Source: Eledone cirrhosa (lineage: Eukaryota). Taken from it: a stretch of 64,000 nt of DNA. How positions within the stretch are numbered: position 1 is the stretch's first letter; every line of letters starts with the position of its first letter. Under the pieces are notes generated by a model that did no database searches, was not told where the DNA came from, and saw nothing but the letters and a program-made list of their open reading frames with translations. Positions 25,751-40,392 of this stretch are shown here, one piece after another. Location of the stretch: contig OZ024755.1 in the NCBI GenBank assembly GCA_964016885.1, positions 37,944,001 through 38,008,000 on the forward strand. Reading direction: 5' to 3'. The position numbers and the translations under genes are program-made.

Positions 25751-26550
25751 TTACGATATATTTTGAGTTATTAGTTGTTATTATCTTAGGATAAGAGATA
25801 ATGGATTAAATGGTTACACATTACTTGATGGCAGTTTATGTTAGGTCCTTAAAATCAATTTGTGTCTGGCACAACACCTGAAATTGTCCCACTTGTCCAT
25901 TTATATTTGAGTTAAAAAAGTTACTTCAATGGAGGTAAGTTTGTGTTAGAGGTATTTTTATGTTTGGGTCAGTTGGTATGTAAATAAAAACATGGCAGAT
26001 TCCATCAACAAGTATTTATGGTTAGTGGGATGTGTTTAATTTAGGTTACTTGCTCCTACCAAGTCAGGCTTAGATCCCACTCAAAATAGAAACACTACCA
26101 AGACAGAGTTAACTCCCCTGTGTTGTGGAATTCTAGTTGAGACAGGCAAACTCTCTGTTGAGAACACAACTTTTAACTGCTGCAACTCTACATCTCGTCA
26201 TGCATTGAGTACTTTATGGCTTTCCCAGTCCTCAAATAGAGTGTGGCTATTTCATATATATATAGTTATATATATATATAGTTATTTCTACTTTTGGTAC
26301 AAGGCCAGCAATTACCCCAGTGCATTACTGGTGCTTTATTTTATCGACCCCGTAAGGATGAAAGGCAAAGCTAACCTCGGCGGGATTTGAGCTCAGCTCG
26401 TTAAGGGCCGTAACTCCATGCTGCAAAGCAAGGCATCCAACCCTCCACCAATACTGCCAATCCTTTATACATATATATATATATATATATATAAACATAG
26501 TTTTGCGAGGTTTTTTATATGAAAGCGTGTGTCGAAACAGATATTGTTAT

Positions 26551-26759
26551 ACTTGGGGAGGGTCATATTTGCGTAATATTGCCAGAATTATTAACAGAAC
26601 ACACTCACTGTTTGGTTGGTTTTCGCTTCTCGCTGTCTTTTATTATATCTGCGATCTAACTTACTCGGTCCTCAATGGCAACATTGTGTTCTGTTATTAA
26701 TTCTGTTATTAATTCTGGCAATATTACGCAAATATGACCCTCCCCAAGTATAACAATAT
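26551..26759. repeat. Inverted repeat island between (TA)n tracts
   Basis: ATATTGTTATACTTGGGGAGGGTCATATTTGCGTAATATTGCCAGAATTA versus its reverse complement at ~26709-26759. Confidence 0.92.
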
Positions 26760-26794
26760 ATAAACATATATATATATATATATATAAACATATA

Positions 26795-26864
<70 letters not shown>

Positions 26865-26950
26865 CATACATATATATATACACATATATACATATATATA
26901 CATATATATATCTATATATATATATATACATATATATATATTTATACATA

Positions 26951-27008
<58 letters not shown>

Positions 27009-27070
27009 CATATATATTTATATATATATATATACATATATATTTATATATATATATATACATATATATT

Positions 27071-27106
<36 letters not shown>

Positions 27107-27140
27107 GTAGAATAATCGAGAATCGGAAAAACAGCTCACG

Positions 27141-27172
<32 letters not shown>

Positions 27173-27529
27173 TAGTGCGTGCTTTACATAAAAATTTCTA
27201 AAATAAATTCCTGTGCTGCCATTTAGTTATTTAAAGATTTTATTCTTTTAAATAATTTTATTTATTTCAGATTTAATTAGGTGGGTGACTCTTTAATTAA
27301 ATCACCTTATGTTGAGTTTTTGTTTGTTATCATTTGTCATCGATGGAATTATAGAGAAAGCTGCACTCTTTCATTTTCTTTACCTTCTGCTACAATTTTA
27401 ATAATACCTATCTCTATACTCAAGATGGAAGAGTTATGTGAATTTTGCTTTTTCCCCAATATTAAAATTGATTTGTCTTATAAAAAATAATTACCTTCTT
27501 AAGCTCCCCAATTAAATAATTTCTTCTCT

Positions 27530-27940
27530 AGTTCCACCATATATTCAGTGTAAGATCATCTGCATACAGGAGTTCCCATGTGTAGCTGGTCTTAAACTCC
27601 TGTGTTATAACATGCAGTATGATAACAAACAGGAGAGGGCTAAGAACATAGCCCTGGTGGATGCCAACCTGTACGTTAAATTCCTCGCTATAGTCATTGT
27701 TAATCCTAACTTTGCTGACTGTTACTCTATATATGGCTTGCACAGCCTTCACAAGTCACTCATCTACTGGTGTTCTAAGAGCCCACAAGATTATGGCACG
27801 GGGCACTCTCTCAAAAGCTTTCTCCAGATTAACAAATACCAGGTAGAACAGCTTACTTTTAGCTAGGTAATTTTCCTGTAGCTGCTTTGCCAGGAAGAGA
27901 GCATCAGTGATGCTTTTGCCTTGTACAAATCTGAACTGCA
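27530..27940 (-). mobile_element. RTE LINE reverse-transcriptase core fragment, decayed
   Basis: FVQGKSITDALF, FVNLEKAFERV, GIHQGYVLSPLLF, ELLYADDL. Confidence 0.9.
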
Positions 27941-28859
27941 TCTTATATATATATATTGTTTTGATAATCCTTATCTGTGGCAACCTAAAATCCACCGCAT
28001 TAATCTATGTGGTCATTTGTAATGTGGATGGGTGATGTTTGTTGGGTGAAGAATTGCTAAGAGATTCCCGTGGAACAAAGCTGTAGTAGAGGAAGACTGA
28101 TGAAGATCTGAACGGAAGAGGTGAGAACTATTCTGAAATGCTGAGAATCTGAGTAGAGATAACAAAGGAATGTAGCAAGTAGAAGGAAGCTCTGCTAGAA
28201 AAGACCCATCCAACCCATATAAGCATGGAAAGACAGGTGTAAAATACTCAACTTAGAAAATGATGATGGTTCAAGGTGTAGACCATATTTTTCACACTTA
28301 AGTAGCCAACTACTTGACCTTTAATAAGTATTATTCTCTGAGGGTGAGTTATCTCACCTCATATGAAGTAAGTACTTCTCCAAACTAGGCTAATGGTGTT
28401 GTTTACAACTTACACCTGTGTAGGTTAAGCTGACCTATGAGTTTATATTTCATAGGAGGTCTTTTGGGGTATTTTAATGATAAGGGCAGATGGTGTAATT
28501 TGAAGTAGAGGCACATTGTCATAATATCTTGCACATATCTAGGTGTATTAGATCAATAATAGTGTAGCATAGTACAGCAGTAATAATTGTTTCTACTTTT
28601 GGCACAAGGCCAGCAATTACCCAGTACATTACTGGTACTTTATTTTATCGACCCCGTAAGGATGAAAGGCAAAGTTAACTTAGGCGGGATTTGAACTCAG
28701 AATGGCAAGGGCCGTAACTATATGCGTCAAAGTATGGCGTTCGACCCTCTACCGATTCTGCCAATCCACCGCCCTACAGCAGTAATAATACTAGTTTGGG
28801 TATTTCATATATACCCCAATGTAAATCCTTGAACACATCATCAGAGTTGTATCCTGGAA

Positions 28860-29262
28860 TGACAGGGTTTTGTGTCTGTGATAACATACGCCCTCATCCA
28901 GGTGAGATGACTAAAGTTGATCAAGCTTCAACCTATGTTTAAGTGGTTCACTTACTACTGACAATACCAATCACTTCTCTTGAGCCCTTCTTCATCCAGA
29001 AGCCCTTCTCTGCTGCTTCCACATTGTTCTCTTTGGCTCTTTTCTGGCCCTCTCTTGTAATGTGCAGAGTTGTGTAGGAAATGACCTGCAGTCTCTGGGG
29101 TGCACCTGGTCTTCTACTTATTCCCCAGTAGCCTTCCAACTCCTGGTACATTCCTCTCTTCCATTCTTTTGTTACCTCCATCTTCTCCTCCCAGGCAACA
29201 GTTAGCTCCAGTGCCACAAATTGTAACTTCAGAAACCAAAATGAAGTCTGGTCTCACAATAT
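28860..29262 (-). mobile_element. 3' end of a restriction-like-endonuclease non-LTR retrotransposon (HERO/NeSL-like), decayed
   Basis: RPDFILVSE followed by LELTVAWEE...K..(M)YQEL (PD-(D/E)xK-type motif); 3' UTR ending CTGATGATGTGTTCAAG. Confidence 0.7.
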
Positions 29263-29599
29263 ACATTTATTTCTTTAGTGAGTGAGACTTGATAAAGATT
29301 ATAGACATGAATAGTTGAAAGAAAATAAATGTTATCAAATGTAATAGTTTCTGTCTGAAATACTTAAAAAGTAAGTTCTTCTCCAGTAAAAATATATACT
29401 AAATATTTAAAATGTGATATTTTGAAGAAAAAAAAGAAAAGGCTACTAGAAATGTCAATGTTGAAATAAAAAGATTAAAAGAAATAAACTAAAGACATTC
29501 TACCCACATAATTCGACCATCACTTTCATAAACAATATCAAGTAGTTTCAATATTGAATAATAAAAATATTTAGCTTCTCAAATTCTCAAGTGTATATG

Positions 29600-29646
<47 letters not shown>

Positions 29647-30727
29647 ATTTCCTGCCTAACCCATGCTAGCATGGAAAATGGACATTAAATGGTGATGATA
29701 TATATATATATACACCTAAATGGTGATGATATATATATACACACACCTAAATTTGAAGTAATGGTACAAATTGTAAACATTTAAAGAAATATGTCAAATT
29801 ATATACTTGCTATTGGATATTTGCTTTCTAAATTTTAATGAATCAAATCAATTTCTAATTAGAATAATTTCTAATAAGAATAATTTCTAATAATTTCTTG
29901 TTGAATTGTTTCATTTCAATCACAGCTTTTAATTAAACAATTTATCTTCCTTTGATATATTAAAAGAAAATTATTTAAATTTTATTTAGAATATTTAATT
30001 CCACTTTTTAATTTTATAAAGCACTTGTTCAACTAATTATTATTATCCACTCCTGAGCCCAAATCTTTATCAAACAGAAGGACCATTTCAGGCTTTTTGA
30101 AACAAAGATTCTAATTTTACTGAACACAAAATTAATGAAGTTATTAAAAAAAAATTAATAAATCGATGTCTTTTAAAAATATTTGATCATTAACTTTTCA
30201 TGACCATATTTCTACTTACGTTCTTTTTTAATTAATTAGCAAAGAATTTTGAGGGATTTATTAAAATAATTAATTGTTTCATTACTAAGATAACTTAATA
30301 TAGGGTTCTTATATAAAATTATGTTAAAAGCAATTAATTCAAATAAGATCCCTTTAAATTGGTTGGTTTTGGTCAGGTTGGTATCAAAAGGGTTAAGATA
30401 TTGATAAACATTTCTTTCTACCTGTTAATTTATTATTGTAAGTGTGTATTGCACCACTTAACCCTTTAGTATTTACATTACTACCTCACATATTACCGAA
30501 GCGATGAGATTTTGGAATTATTTATTTTGAGAATAATACCTTAACATCAGTAAGAGTAGCAAGTTACGGCTGGTTAGAACAGAAAGAAGTGAGAGAATTC
30601 TGGCTGGATATGGCCAGTTTAAATGCTAAAAGATTACAGATGTATGCTCCTCCGATGTGGAGTATTGCATACTTGTCTTGCTTTTCCTTTGCTTAAGACA
30701 TTGGAACTGCCATTAAATCACAGCAAT

Positions 30728-31160
30728 ATTGTATATACTCGAATATAAGCCAACTCCTATTTTATGGCTGAGAAATAAGCAAAAAACCAAACCCCGTTTA
30801 TAAACCGAAGCAGTTTTGAAATTCTGATTGGAGACTATATTTATGAATGTTTAGTATTTTAATATTTAAGATGTTTTAAGTGTTGTTTAGAGTATAGTAT
30901 TGTTTCACAACTACATAATCATTGTTTCACCAAAATCCGACTGTTTTCAAGGCTATATTCATTCAAAACATATAAAACCAACATGAAATACGAATTTTAT
31001 GTTAAGAGTGAACCCTGCAAAGTGAAAATATTTGAGCACCTCATTTACATAGACTTTAGAAGTTAATGAAAATTAGCGGAATATTGACCTTAGCTGACCC
31101 CCAAATTACTATTGAGTTTTTTTTGGGGGGGGTTTGTCACATTTATCAGCTTATATATAT
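30728..31160. mobile_element. pogo/Tigger-like non-autonomous element
   Basis: GTATATACTCGAATATAAGCC left end and CAGCTTATATAT right end. Confidence 0.55.
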
Positions 31161-31879
31161 AAAGATAGACAGTAAATGTATATTAAAATTGCAGCAATAT
31201 AAGTATATAGTTTATCAATTCAAGTGTTTCAAGGTCATTTTCCCTGTTAAAGCAGGGCTTAACTTTATGGGCTTATGACAAGCTTCAGACCCACCATAAA
31301 GTCCTTTGGAGGCAATGTTTTATAGCCAGATTATCTTCTTGGTGCCAACCCTTTTAGTTATCTCTAACAACATAAAATGATAGGATGTACATATTCTAAA
31401 CTAGATAACATATACATTCTATATTCTATCAATGACATTTTAATCTGTGTATTCTATCAATAGATATACATATTAAAATATCAAAGTTTTATTCTGTTTA
31501 AATTCAAATTTTCTAATGAAGTGAAACTTTGTTATGCTCAGGAGTGTTTAGTTGATTAAATAAATCACAAACAATTCATCACATATCCTTTATTTGCTAA
31601 ACTAATGGGAAACTGGTGCTTCTTCATTTATTTATTAATTTGTTTATTTGTTTGCCATCATCAAAGATTTTTTATTATTTTAAGTTATCAAAGATGATAC
31701 TGTTTTTTTTTTTATTTAATTTTTACAAACAAATTTGTTTTAAAATTATTTCATTTTATTTTGCATTAAATTTTTTAAAAAATAAGTAAATAATGTGAAG
31801 TTTGGAGAGGAGCTTCGCTGTTGTGTTATAGTTTGTTTCTTAATACAGTATATAGCGACAGTCTTTATATGCTGTATTA

Positions 31880-32212
31880 ATGACCCGCTAGTGACCCAAT
31901 GACCTGCCACTGACCCATTGACTTGGCAATGACCCAATGACCTGACAATAACCCAATGACTTGACAATGACCCATTGACTTGGCAATGACCCAATGACCT
32001 GACAATAACCCAATGACTTGACAATGACCCATTGACTTGGCAATGACCCAATGACATGGCAGTGACCCAATGACCTGACAATAATCCAAAGACTTGACAA
32101 TGACCCAATGACTTGACAATGACCCAATGACTTGACAATGACTTGACAATGACCCAATGACATGGCAGTGATCCAATGACATGGTAGTGACCCTATCACC
32201 TGGCAATGACCT
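31880..32212. repeat. Short-period composite tandem repeat built on (C)AATGAC
   Basis: AATGACCC/AATGACTTG/GCAATGAC modules with a ~57-bp higher-order unit. Confidence 0.9.
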
Positions 32213-32706
32213 TTCATCTGGCAAGATATGCAACTCAAACTTAGTCTATTATTAACCAATATAACATCACAATAGACTGAGACTTTAATTTTCCTTATGC
32301 CACATTCCTGCCAAATAAACACCATTGGAGTTCAATATGGTAATGAAAGGGTTAAACTTGATAATTTATATTGATTGTCAGAGACATTAGGTCTTGCGAT
32401 ATTTATTCTGGTTCTCTGAACTCTGCCTTCCAATACCACCGAGTTCTACTTTACTTTCTATCCTTTTGGTGTTGATAAAGTAAGAACGGGCTCAGTTCCA
32501 ATGATGAACTCTCCCACATCTCTTCCTCTCTCTGTCACATCCTGAGAGTTCCATTGGATCATGGGTGAGACAGTCGAGAGATTGTTTGTTTCTCCTTCCA
32601 ACTACATGGCTTCCTGAAACCACTGGTACATGTTACCACATCGTCTTTCATAACAAACTACATGTGTAGTTTATTACTAAACTCTCTATTATATTATTAC
32701 CTTTAA

Positions 32707-33300
32707 CCCTTTACCATTTACATTACTCTATATGTATATTGTATTTTTGTGGTAAAGGCTTTATCTCACTTAATTATCTCACATAACATTGACATTATTC
32801 TATATATACTATTGTATTTTTGTGGTAAAGGCTTTATTTCACATAATATCTCACATGATATCTCACATAACATTTACATTACTCTATATATACTATTATA
32901 TTTTCATGGTAAAGGCTTTACTTCACATAATATCTCACATACCATTTACATTACTCTATATGTATATTGTATTTTTGTGGTAAAGGCTTTACCTCACATA
33001 ATACCTCACATATCTCACATAACATTTACATTACTCTATATATATTATTATATTTTTGTGGTAAAGGCTTTATTTCACATGATATCTCACATAACATTTA
33101 CATTACTCTATATATACTATTGTATTTTGGTGGTAAAGGCTTCACCTCACATAATATCTCACATAATATCGAATCTACGAGATTTTGATATTATTTATTT
33201 TGAGAAAAATACCTCAGTATGAGCGGCCAGTTACAGCCAGTTTTAACAGAAAGAGGTGAGAGAATTCTTGCCGGATACGTCCGGTTTAAATACTAAAGGG
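32707..33300. mobile_element. piggyBac-type MITE with an internal tandem expansion
   Basis: TTAA-CCCTTTACCATTT...AAATACTAAAGGG-TTAA. Confidence 0.85.
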
Positions 33301-33867
33301 TTAATTATGCTACTTCTTCATTTGTATTCTTATAATTATATAAATCTAATTATATAAATATAAATATAATTGTTTTAATAGAAAATAAAGTAAAAAAATA
33401 AATTATAATTTCTGTAAATAATGACTTAAGATGTACTTTGTATTGATTATCAACTTGTAAAGTATATTCTAATTTATATACATGATATTTTCTAAATCTA
33501 CTTTGATGATTTGTACCAATTTATCCTTGAAAATATACTGTTTTATTGGTTCCAGCCATTGGTTTCTGACCATGCTGGGGCACTGTTATATTAAAAGAAA
33601 TATTTGATAAAGTTAAATTATAAATGTTTGTGTATTGATATATTATGTAACTGTAAGTTACAATAATGTGATATTTATTTAAAATATGTTTCCATGTATT
33701 TATTCCAATTTTGTTTTAATTTTTATATCAGTTTATTCAATAAAATTCCAGTTGATTTATTCTTCAGCCTTTCTCAGAGTCTCCTTCATCTAGCAGGTAG
33801 CAGGTCTTCCTTTTGGATATTCTAAGTTAAGACCATCATCGGGAAATTCCAGTTACTGATTCAAACC

Positions 33868-33940
<73 letters not shown>

Positions 33941-34742
33941 GTGTGCGTGTGTGTGGTATAAGCTTAACTGTTGGGCTAAGAATTTCTGATATCTACACAC
34001 TTTACTTTCCTTAAGTAAAGAGTTCTAAGCTGAATATCTATCTTACTGGTTTTAACTTGTAACATCTCATTCATATATATGTGTATATATATAGAGAGAG
34101 AGATAGATAGATATATAGATATATAGCAATTGTTTGTAAGTGAAGGTGTGTGGCCTGGTGGTTAGTGTTGGACTCACCATCATAAGGCTGTAGGTTTGAT
34201 TCCTGGACTTGGTGGCTTATGTTCCTGAGCAAGACGTTTCATTTCATGCTGCCTTTCATGATAGGACTGGGGTCCCCTATCATTTAAACACTCAAGAAAC
34301 CTCCGATGGGATGCAACCTCCTAGGAGACAATCAATGAAAGACATTATTCTAGACCTACAAAGAGGTTTGTTTCACAATTATGAGATTCCAGGTTGAATC
34401 CTTATGAGTTGGGCAGGTGGAAACCTTATGGAAACCTATCTGATGGGCTTTACCTGTAATTCAAACATATTGTGTCTATGATTTAGCTTGGGAATTACAT
34501 TGAACGTATGTGTGTCTATGGAATACTCAACCGTTTATATGATAATTGATGAGTTGGATATTCAGTTGATTGGACAACAGAATGTTGTCAAAATCCATGA
34601 TAAACTAACCATCAGCAGCGTCAGTATTGAATGGGATTTTACTGTATTATCTGAAGAGGGAATGAGACAGTAATTAGGTTTATGACAGAGAGGTTGTAGA
34701 CTTAATCCATCACCCTGTTTAATACACTCACCTGTCCCTTAG

Positions 34743-34866
34743 ATACCTTTAGTAGAGGCCATTCTGTTACATTTGGGCCAGGTCTCCGCTGTCCGGATAC
34801 TTCCCTGCCACCACTCACAGAAGTCCTAAAAATGGTCATCGGTTATTGCTCTTCCTTTCTTAAGTA
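34743..34866 (+). CDS. Possible alternative or terminal exon: DTFSRGHSVTFGPGLRCPDTSLPPLTEVLK...
   Basis: CACCTGTCCCTTAG acceptor and phase-1 open frame in a GC-richer patch; no strong in-phase donor; frame stops at ~34866. Confidence 0.3.
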
Positions 34867-35148
34867 AAAAAAACAACAAAAAAACCTTAGAAAGACCAAA
34901 GAATAAATTAGTTGGAATATAATTTACATTTTACTAAGGTTTTATTTATTTATTTGTTTTATTTATTTTATTTATTCGATATTAAAAATGTGTTTAAATA
35001 TTTATTGTTAATTCTATTACATATTGAAAATCTAAAATAATGAAATTATTATTTTAGATTTTAGAATTTATTAGAAAAGTTTAACATTTATTCTTGGAAG
35101 TTAAAAACCCCGAGACCATCATCAGTTTTATTGTGTGTGTGTGTGTAC

Positions 35149-35180
<32 letters not shown>

Positions 35181-35726
35181 GCATTGTATGTTTTAGCTCT
35201 TCACCTCTATGTTTTTTCTGTTAGCAAATGAATACCAACAAGCTAGAACAACCATTTTAAATAATCTTTAGAAATAGACAGAAAATTGATAGAATTGTTA
35301 GAGCGTTGGACATTAAATGCCTCATGATTCTGTCTTTCTATGTCTCTGAGTTCAAATGCTGTTGAGGTCAACTTTGCCTTTTATCCTTTTGGGTGAGGTT
35401 GATGAATAAAGCACCAGTGGAGGGGTGGTGGAGTGTTAAGCTGTCAGCCATTAAACCTTGCAGTGTTGGGCTCTGTATTCTGAGTTCAAATCTCACTCCA
35501 TGTCACCAGAAAAGTGGTAACACTTCTGCCAGGATTTGTAATTGTCAGATAGTATCAGCAATAGCTGGACCAATAGAAGCAGTTTCCTTGCTTTGATATC
35601 ATGTTTCTTTATAACAAATTAAACCAATACATGGAAAAAGAAACAACTAAATTTGTTAGATGTTTTTGTTGATCAGAGTACAGAGAGCTGGGTCAAATAT
35701 CTCAAACTATTCTATCCAATGCCCCC

Positions 35727-35782
<56 letters not shown>

Positions 35783-35914
35783 ATACTTGTTTCTACTTTA
35801 GGCACAAGGCCAGCAAGTAGTAATAATGGTTTCTGATTTAGGTGCAAGGCTAACAATTTTTGGGGAAGAAAAAGTCAAATAAATAAACCCTAGTGCAATA
35901 TCATCATTGTCATC

Positions 35915-36780
35915 ATCATCATCATCATTTTACATCGGTTTTTCCCTGCTTGCAAGGGTGAGACAGATCCAATTAAGCACCGCATCTCTCCACTTGTCAT
36001 GGTCCTTTGTCATCTCCTCTGTGTGCTTCAGCAATCTGAGGTCAGTTCTCACCACCTCTGCCCATGTTTTTCGTGGTCTACCTCTACTGCATCTTCCTTC
36101 TACTGGGATTTCTTGGCACTTCTTTACCCAGCTGTCATCCTCCATATGCCTCACATGTCCATACCATTGCAGTCTTCTCTCCTGCACACTACAATCTATC
36201 CCTCTCAGACACAGTTTCTCTCTCAACTCATCTATGCTTGGTCGTTCACGCACATTGACATTGCACATCCAACGGAGCATGCTTGCTTCATTTCTCTCCA
36301 GCCTTCACATATCCTCCGCAGTTGCTACCCTTGTCTCACTACCATGCAGCATCGCGCACCTCACACATGCATCACATAACCACCCTTCATTCATAGGGAG
36401 AAACCCTTCTTCATCAGCAGAGGAAGCAGCTCCCTAAACTTCTTCCAACCCGTCCTTATTCTAGATACTCTAGCCTTGAAGCACCCTCCTCCCTTGTTAA
36501 TCTGATCACCTAGGTATCGGAAGCTATCAACCAGTTTTATAGAACCCACCTGCATTTGAGAAATGTGTCTATCACTGCAACTTCTACTGTCAAATTTCCC
36601 TGTACATCTACTACATATGTAGTTTTCCCTACCTGTTAGTTTGCCTGCTATCCTACTACATCTCTTGTGTAGCAAAGATCTGCATTGTGTACATTTTATA
36701 GAATGTATGCCAGTTCCTTTCCTACCTATTGAACATGGCCATTTCCTTGATGGAATCAGAGTTTTGTCCTCTTTCCTACT
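35915..36780 (-). mobile_element. RTE LINE 3' portion
   Basis: HKRCS..ICSRC, VDSFRYLGD, GWKKFRELLPLL, MLRWMC, RRLQWYGHV, RGRPRKTW; (GAT)n tail. Confidence 0.92.
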
Positions 36781-37197
36781 TATACTGATACTTTATTTTA
36801 TTGATCCTGTAAGGATGAAATGCAAAGCTAACCTCAGCAGGATTTAAAATCACAACATAAAGGGCCATAACTCTTAAGTCACCAAGCATAATGTCTGATG
36901 CTCTACTGATACTGCCAATCCACCACCCTAGTAGTAATAATAGTATTAATGATATCTCTTATTTGCCCCAAGGGCTGGCATCTAATATGTTCTGGTTGAT
37001 ATTATTTTGCTAACATTTAGCTAGTTAGTAGTTCTTATTAATTTGTTTTATGTTTGTGCTTTTATTTATTATTTTTATAATTTTTTTATAATGTTTTAAA
37101 TTATATTTTACATGCTTCAGGCATGAGTAGAAAAACAACAAAATCTTTGCTTGTTGGTTGCTTTATTTGTTTTTCTTTTTTGTTATTTGCTATCTAG

Positions 37198-37350
37198 TGT
37201 CACCAATGTGTTCACCACCATCACCATCATGGTCACTTCCATCATCACCGGCTCCACAGAGCCCTCGTTTCCAGTCTTCCATTCAAATTCCTCTGCTTTC
37301 ATCTAACTCATGCAGTTATACCAACAAGTGTTACACTATAACAAATAATG
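37198..37350 (+). CDS. Internal exon (153 nt, phase 1-1), Ser/Pro-rich: VSPMCSPPSPSWSLPSSPAPQSPRF...TITNN
   Basis: Long T-rich tract and CTAG acceptor, ATG|GTAAAC donor, open frame. Confidence 0.7.
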
Positions 37351-37404
37351 GTAAACTCATTCTATTTTTTTCATTTCATTTACTCATTCACTCATTCATT
37401 CACT

Positions 37405-37557
37405 CACACACATTTCCTTCTTCCCTCCTTCCTTTCTCCCTCAAACACATTTCCTTCTTCCCTCCTTCCTTTCTCCCTCAAACACATTCCCTTCTTCCCT
37501 CCTTCCTTTCTCCCTCAAACACATTCCCTTCTTTCCTCCTTCCTTTCTCCCTCAAAC
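37405..37557. repeat. ~39-bp pyrimidine-rich tandem repeat, ~4 copies
   Basis: CTCCCTCAAACACATTCCCTTCTTCCCTCCTTCCTTT. Confidence 0.9.
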
Positions 37558-37669
37558 TTAGGATTTCTACCATTTTGTTTATTTTCATTGTTTTTCTATT
37601 TTATTTATTTTATTTTTTGTTAAACTGTTAATTTACAGGACATAAATACAGAGAGACACACACATACAC

Positions 37670-37723
<54 letters not shown>

Positions 37724-37844
37724 TACACCACACACATGTGTACACTACACACACACACCAGGCACACACATTTGTGCACCAGGCACACACACACATGTAC
37801 ATCGCACACATACACACACTCACACACATGTACACCACACACAC

Positions 37845-38400
37845 ACAGCATTGTCCATTTTGAAAATAGTTGACAGTGTTGTCCATTTTGAAAATAGTTG
37901 ACAGCACTGTCCATTTTGAGAATATTTGACAGTGTTGTCCATTTTGAAAATAGTTGACAGCATTGTCCATCTTGAAAATAGTTGACAGCATTGCCCATCT
38001 TGAAAATATTTGACAGCATTGCCCATCTTGAAAATATTTGACAGCATTGCCCATCTTGAAAATATTTGACAGCATTGTCCATCTTGAAAATATTTGACAG
38101 CATTGTCCATCTTGAAAATAGTTGACAGCATTGCCCATCTTGAAAATAGTTGACAGCATTGCCCATCTTGAAAATATTTGACAGCATTGTCCATCTTGAA
38201 AATATTTGACAGCATTGTCCATCTTGAAAATAGTTGACAGCATTGCCCATCTTGAAAATATTTGACAGCATTGTCCATCTTGAAAATATTTGACAGCATT
38301 GTCCATCTTGAAACTAGTTGACAGCATTGTCCATCTTGAAAATAGTTGACAGCATTGCCCATTTTGAGAATATTTGACAGTGTTGTCCATTTTGAAAATA
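37845..38400. repeat. 28-bp minisatellite, ~20 copies
   Basis: ACAGCATTG(T/C)CCAT(C/T)TTGAAAATA(G/T)TTG. Confidence 0.96.
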
Positions 38401-39802
38401 AACTATTTTGTATTTCTGAGAAAATGTAGAACTCTCAAATACATACTTATATACATGTATACATACAAAGATACACATACATACATAACACACATAGATA
38501 CATGCACATACATTATCATTGGCAGTATCGGTAGAGGGTCGGACGCCATACTTTGACGCATAGAGTTACGGCCCTTGCCATTCTGAGTTCAAGTGCCACT
38601 GAGGTTAACTTAGCCTTTCATCCTTACGAGGTCGATAAAATAAGGTACCAGTAATATATTGGGATAATTGATGGCCTTGTGCCAATAGTAGAAACAATTA
38701 TCATTTGACATTGAGTATAAATTCTGGCATGGGTTGGATGGGTTGTCACAGTTCAAGAGTAGATAGGATTGACATCTTACTCATACCTACCATGTTTGAC
38801 ATTGTTTCTATGGTTGACCAAAATATGGAAAGTTTGAGGAAGACATGGCTCTCTAGCCTATCTACTCTCAGACAGTGATGACCTGTCCACCGTATGCCGA
38901 CATATATACATACACACATATATACATCATATATATATACACACACTGTAAAGTGGTCATGTAGGAGACTGGGCACAAAGAAGCCAGTATACACTGTAAA
39001 TAAATGTGGTTGGCGTTAGGAAGGGCATCCAGCTGTAGAAATCTAGCTAGAAACAGTTCCATATGAGCAAGGCATGGTCACCTGACCCAACTTGCCTCTA
39101 ATAGGACAAATCCATCTAACCCATGCTAGCGTGGAAGATAGATATTAAACGATGATGATGATGATGATGCTGATGACATACATACACACACACATATATC
39201 ATATACAGACATATACATAAACTACAAAACAAATGAACAAGTGGTCAGACAGATGAATGGACAAACAAACTATATCATTTTGGTATATTTCCAAGCTGGT
39301 TCTAATCATTAATATATATTCTACATTCTAATAACATAGCAACAGTATGAGTAATATTTGCCCTGTTGTGGTTTCAATAAAAAAAAAGAAATTATTTGTT
39401 GAATGCTTGTTACCAGATTTTTTTAATGTTTGCTTTTTGTGATTCATTTTTTTCTAATGAATTCATTCTTAATATTTGTATTAATTAATCTTTATTTTCA
39501 CTCCAACTGAAAATAAATCATTTTCACTACAACTTAACCATTGTAAATAAACATTGCTATATCAAAAACCACTTCCAATGATTAGATGCAAATATCCACA
39601 TTTATGTGTGACAGATTTCTCTCAGTCCCAATGACAAGTGTTCCAGTTGTTTGAATAACAGAATAGACTGCATGTGAAATTAATGTGCAAGTGGCTGAGC
39701 ATTTCACAGACATATGCACCCATAGCATAGTTCTAAGGAAGATTCAACATGACCCAATGTGTGACAAGGCTGGCTTGTTGGATTACACATACAATCAACT
39801 TC

Positions 39803-40392
39803 TTTTACTGCTAATCTCTCTATTCTAAACCACAGTTTAACTGCTAATCTCTCTCTTTTAAACTACAGTTTTGGTGCTAATCTCTATTCTAGACCACAGT
39901 TTTAGTGATAATCTCTCTATTCTAAACTACAGTTTTGGTGCTAATCTCTCTCTTTTAAACCACAGTTATGGTGCTAATCTCTCTCTTTTAAACCATAGTT
40001 TTACTGCTAATCTTTCTTTTAAACCACAGTTTTGGTGCTAATCTCTCTCTTTTAAACCACAGTTTTGGTGGTAATCTCTCTCTTTTAAACCACAGTTTAA
40101 GTGCTAATCTCTCTATTCTAAACCACAGTTTAAGTGATAATCTCTCTATTCCAAACCACAGTTTTGGTGGTAATCTCTCTCTATTCTAAGCTACAGTTTT
40201 GGTGCTAATCTCTCTCTTTTAAACCACAGTTTTACTGCTAATCTCTCTTTTAAACCACATTTTTACTGCTAATCTCTCTATTCTAAACCACAGTTTAACT
40301 GCTAATCTCTCCCTTTCAAACCACAGTTTTACTGCTAATCTCTCTCTTTTAAACCACAGTTTTACTGCTAATCTCTCTCTTTTAAACCACAC
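39803..40392. repeat. ~33-bp minisatellite, ~18 copies
   Basis: CTGCTAATCTCTCTCTTTTAAACCACAGTTTTA. Confidence 0.95.

Noticed and set aside
27271-27280. Possible microexon TTTCAG|ATTTAATTAG|GTGGGT
   Set aside because: 10 nt would shift the frame between the neighbouring phase-1 exons
33752-33796. Possible 45-nt phase 1-1 exon
   Set aside because: Weak acceptor tract; too short to distinguish from chance
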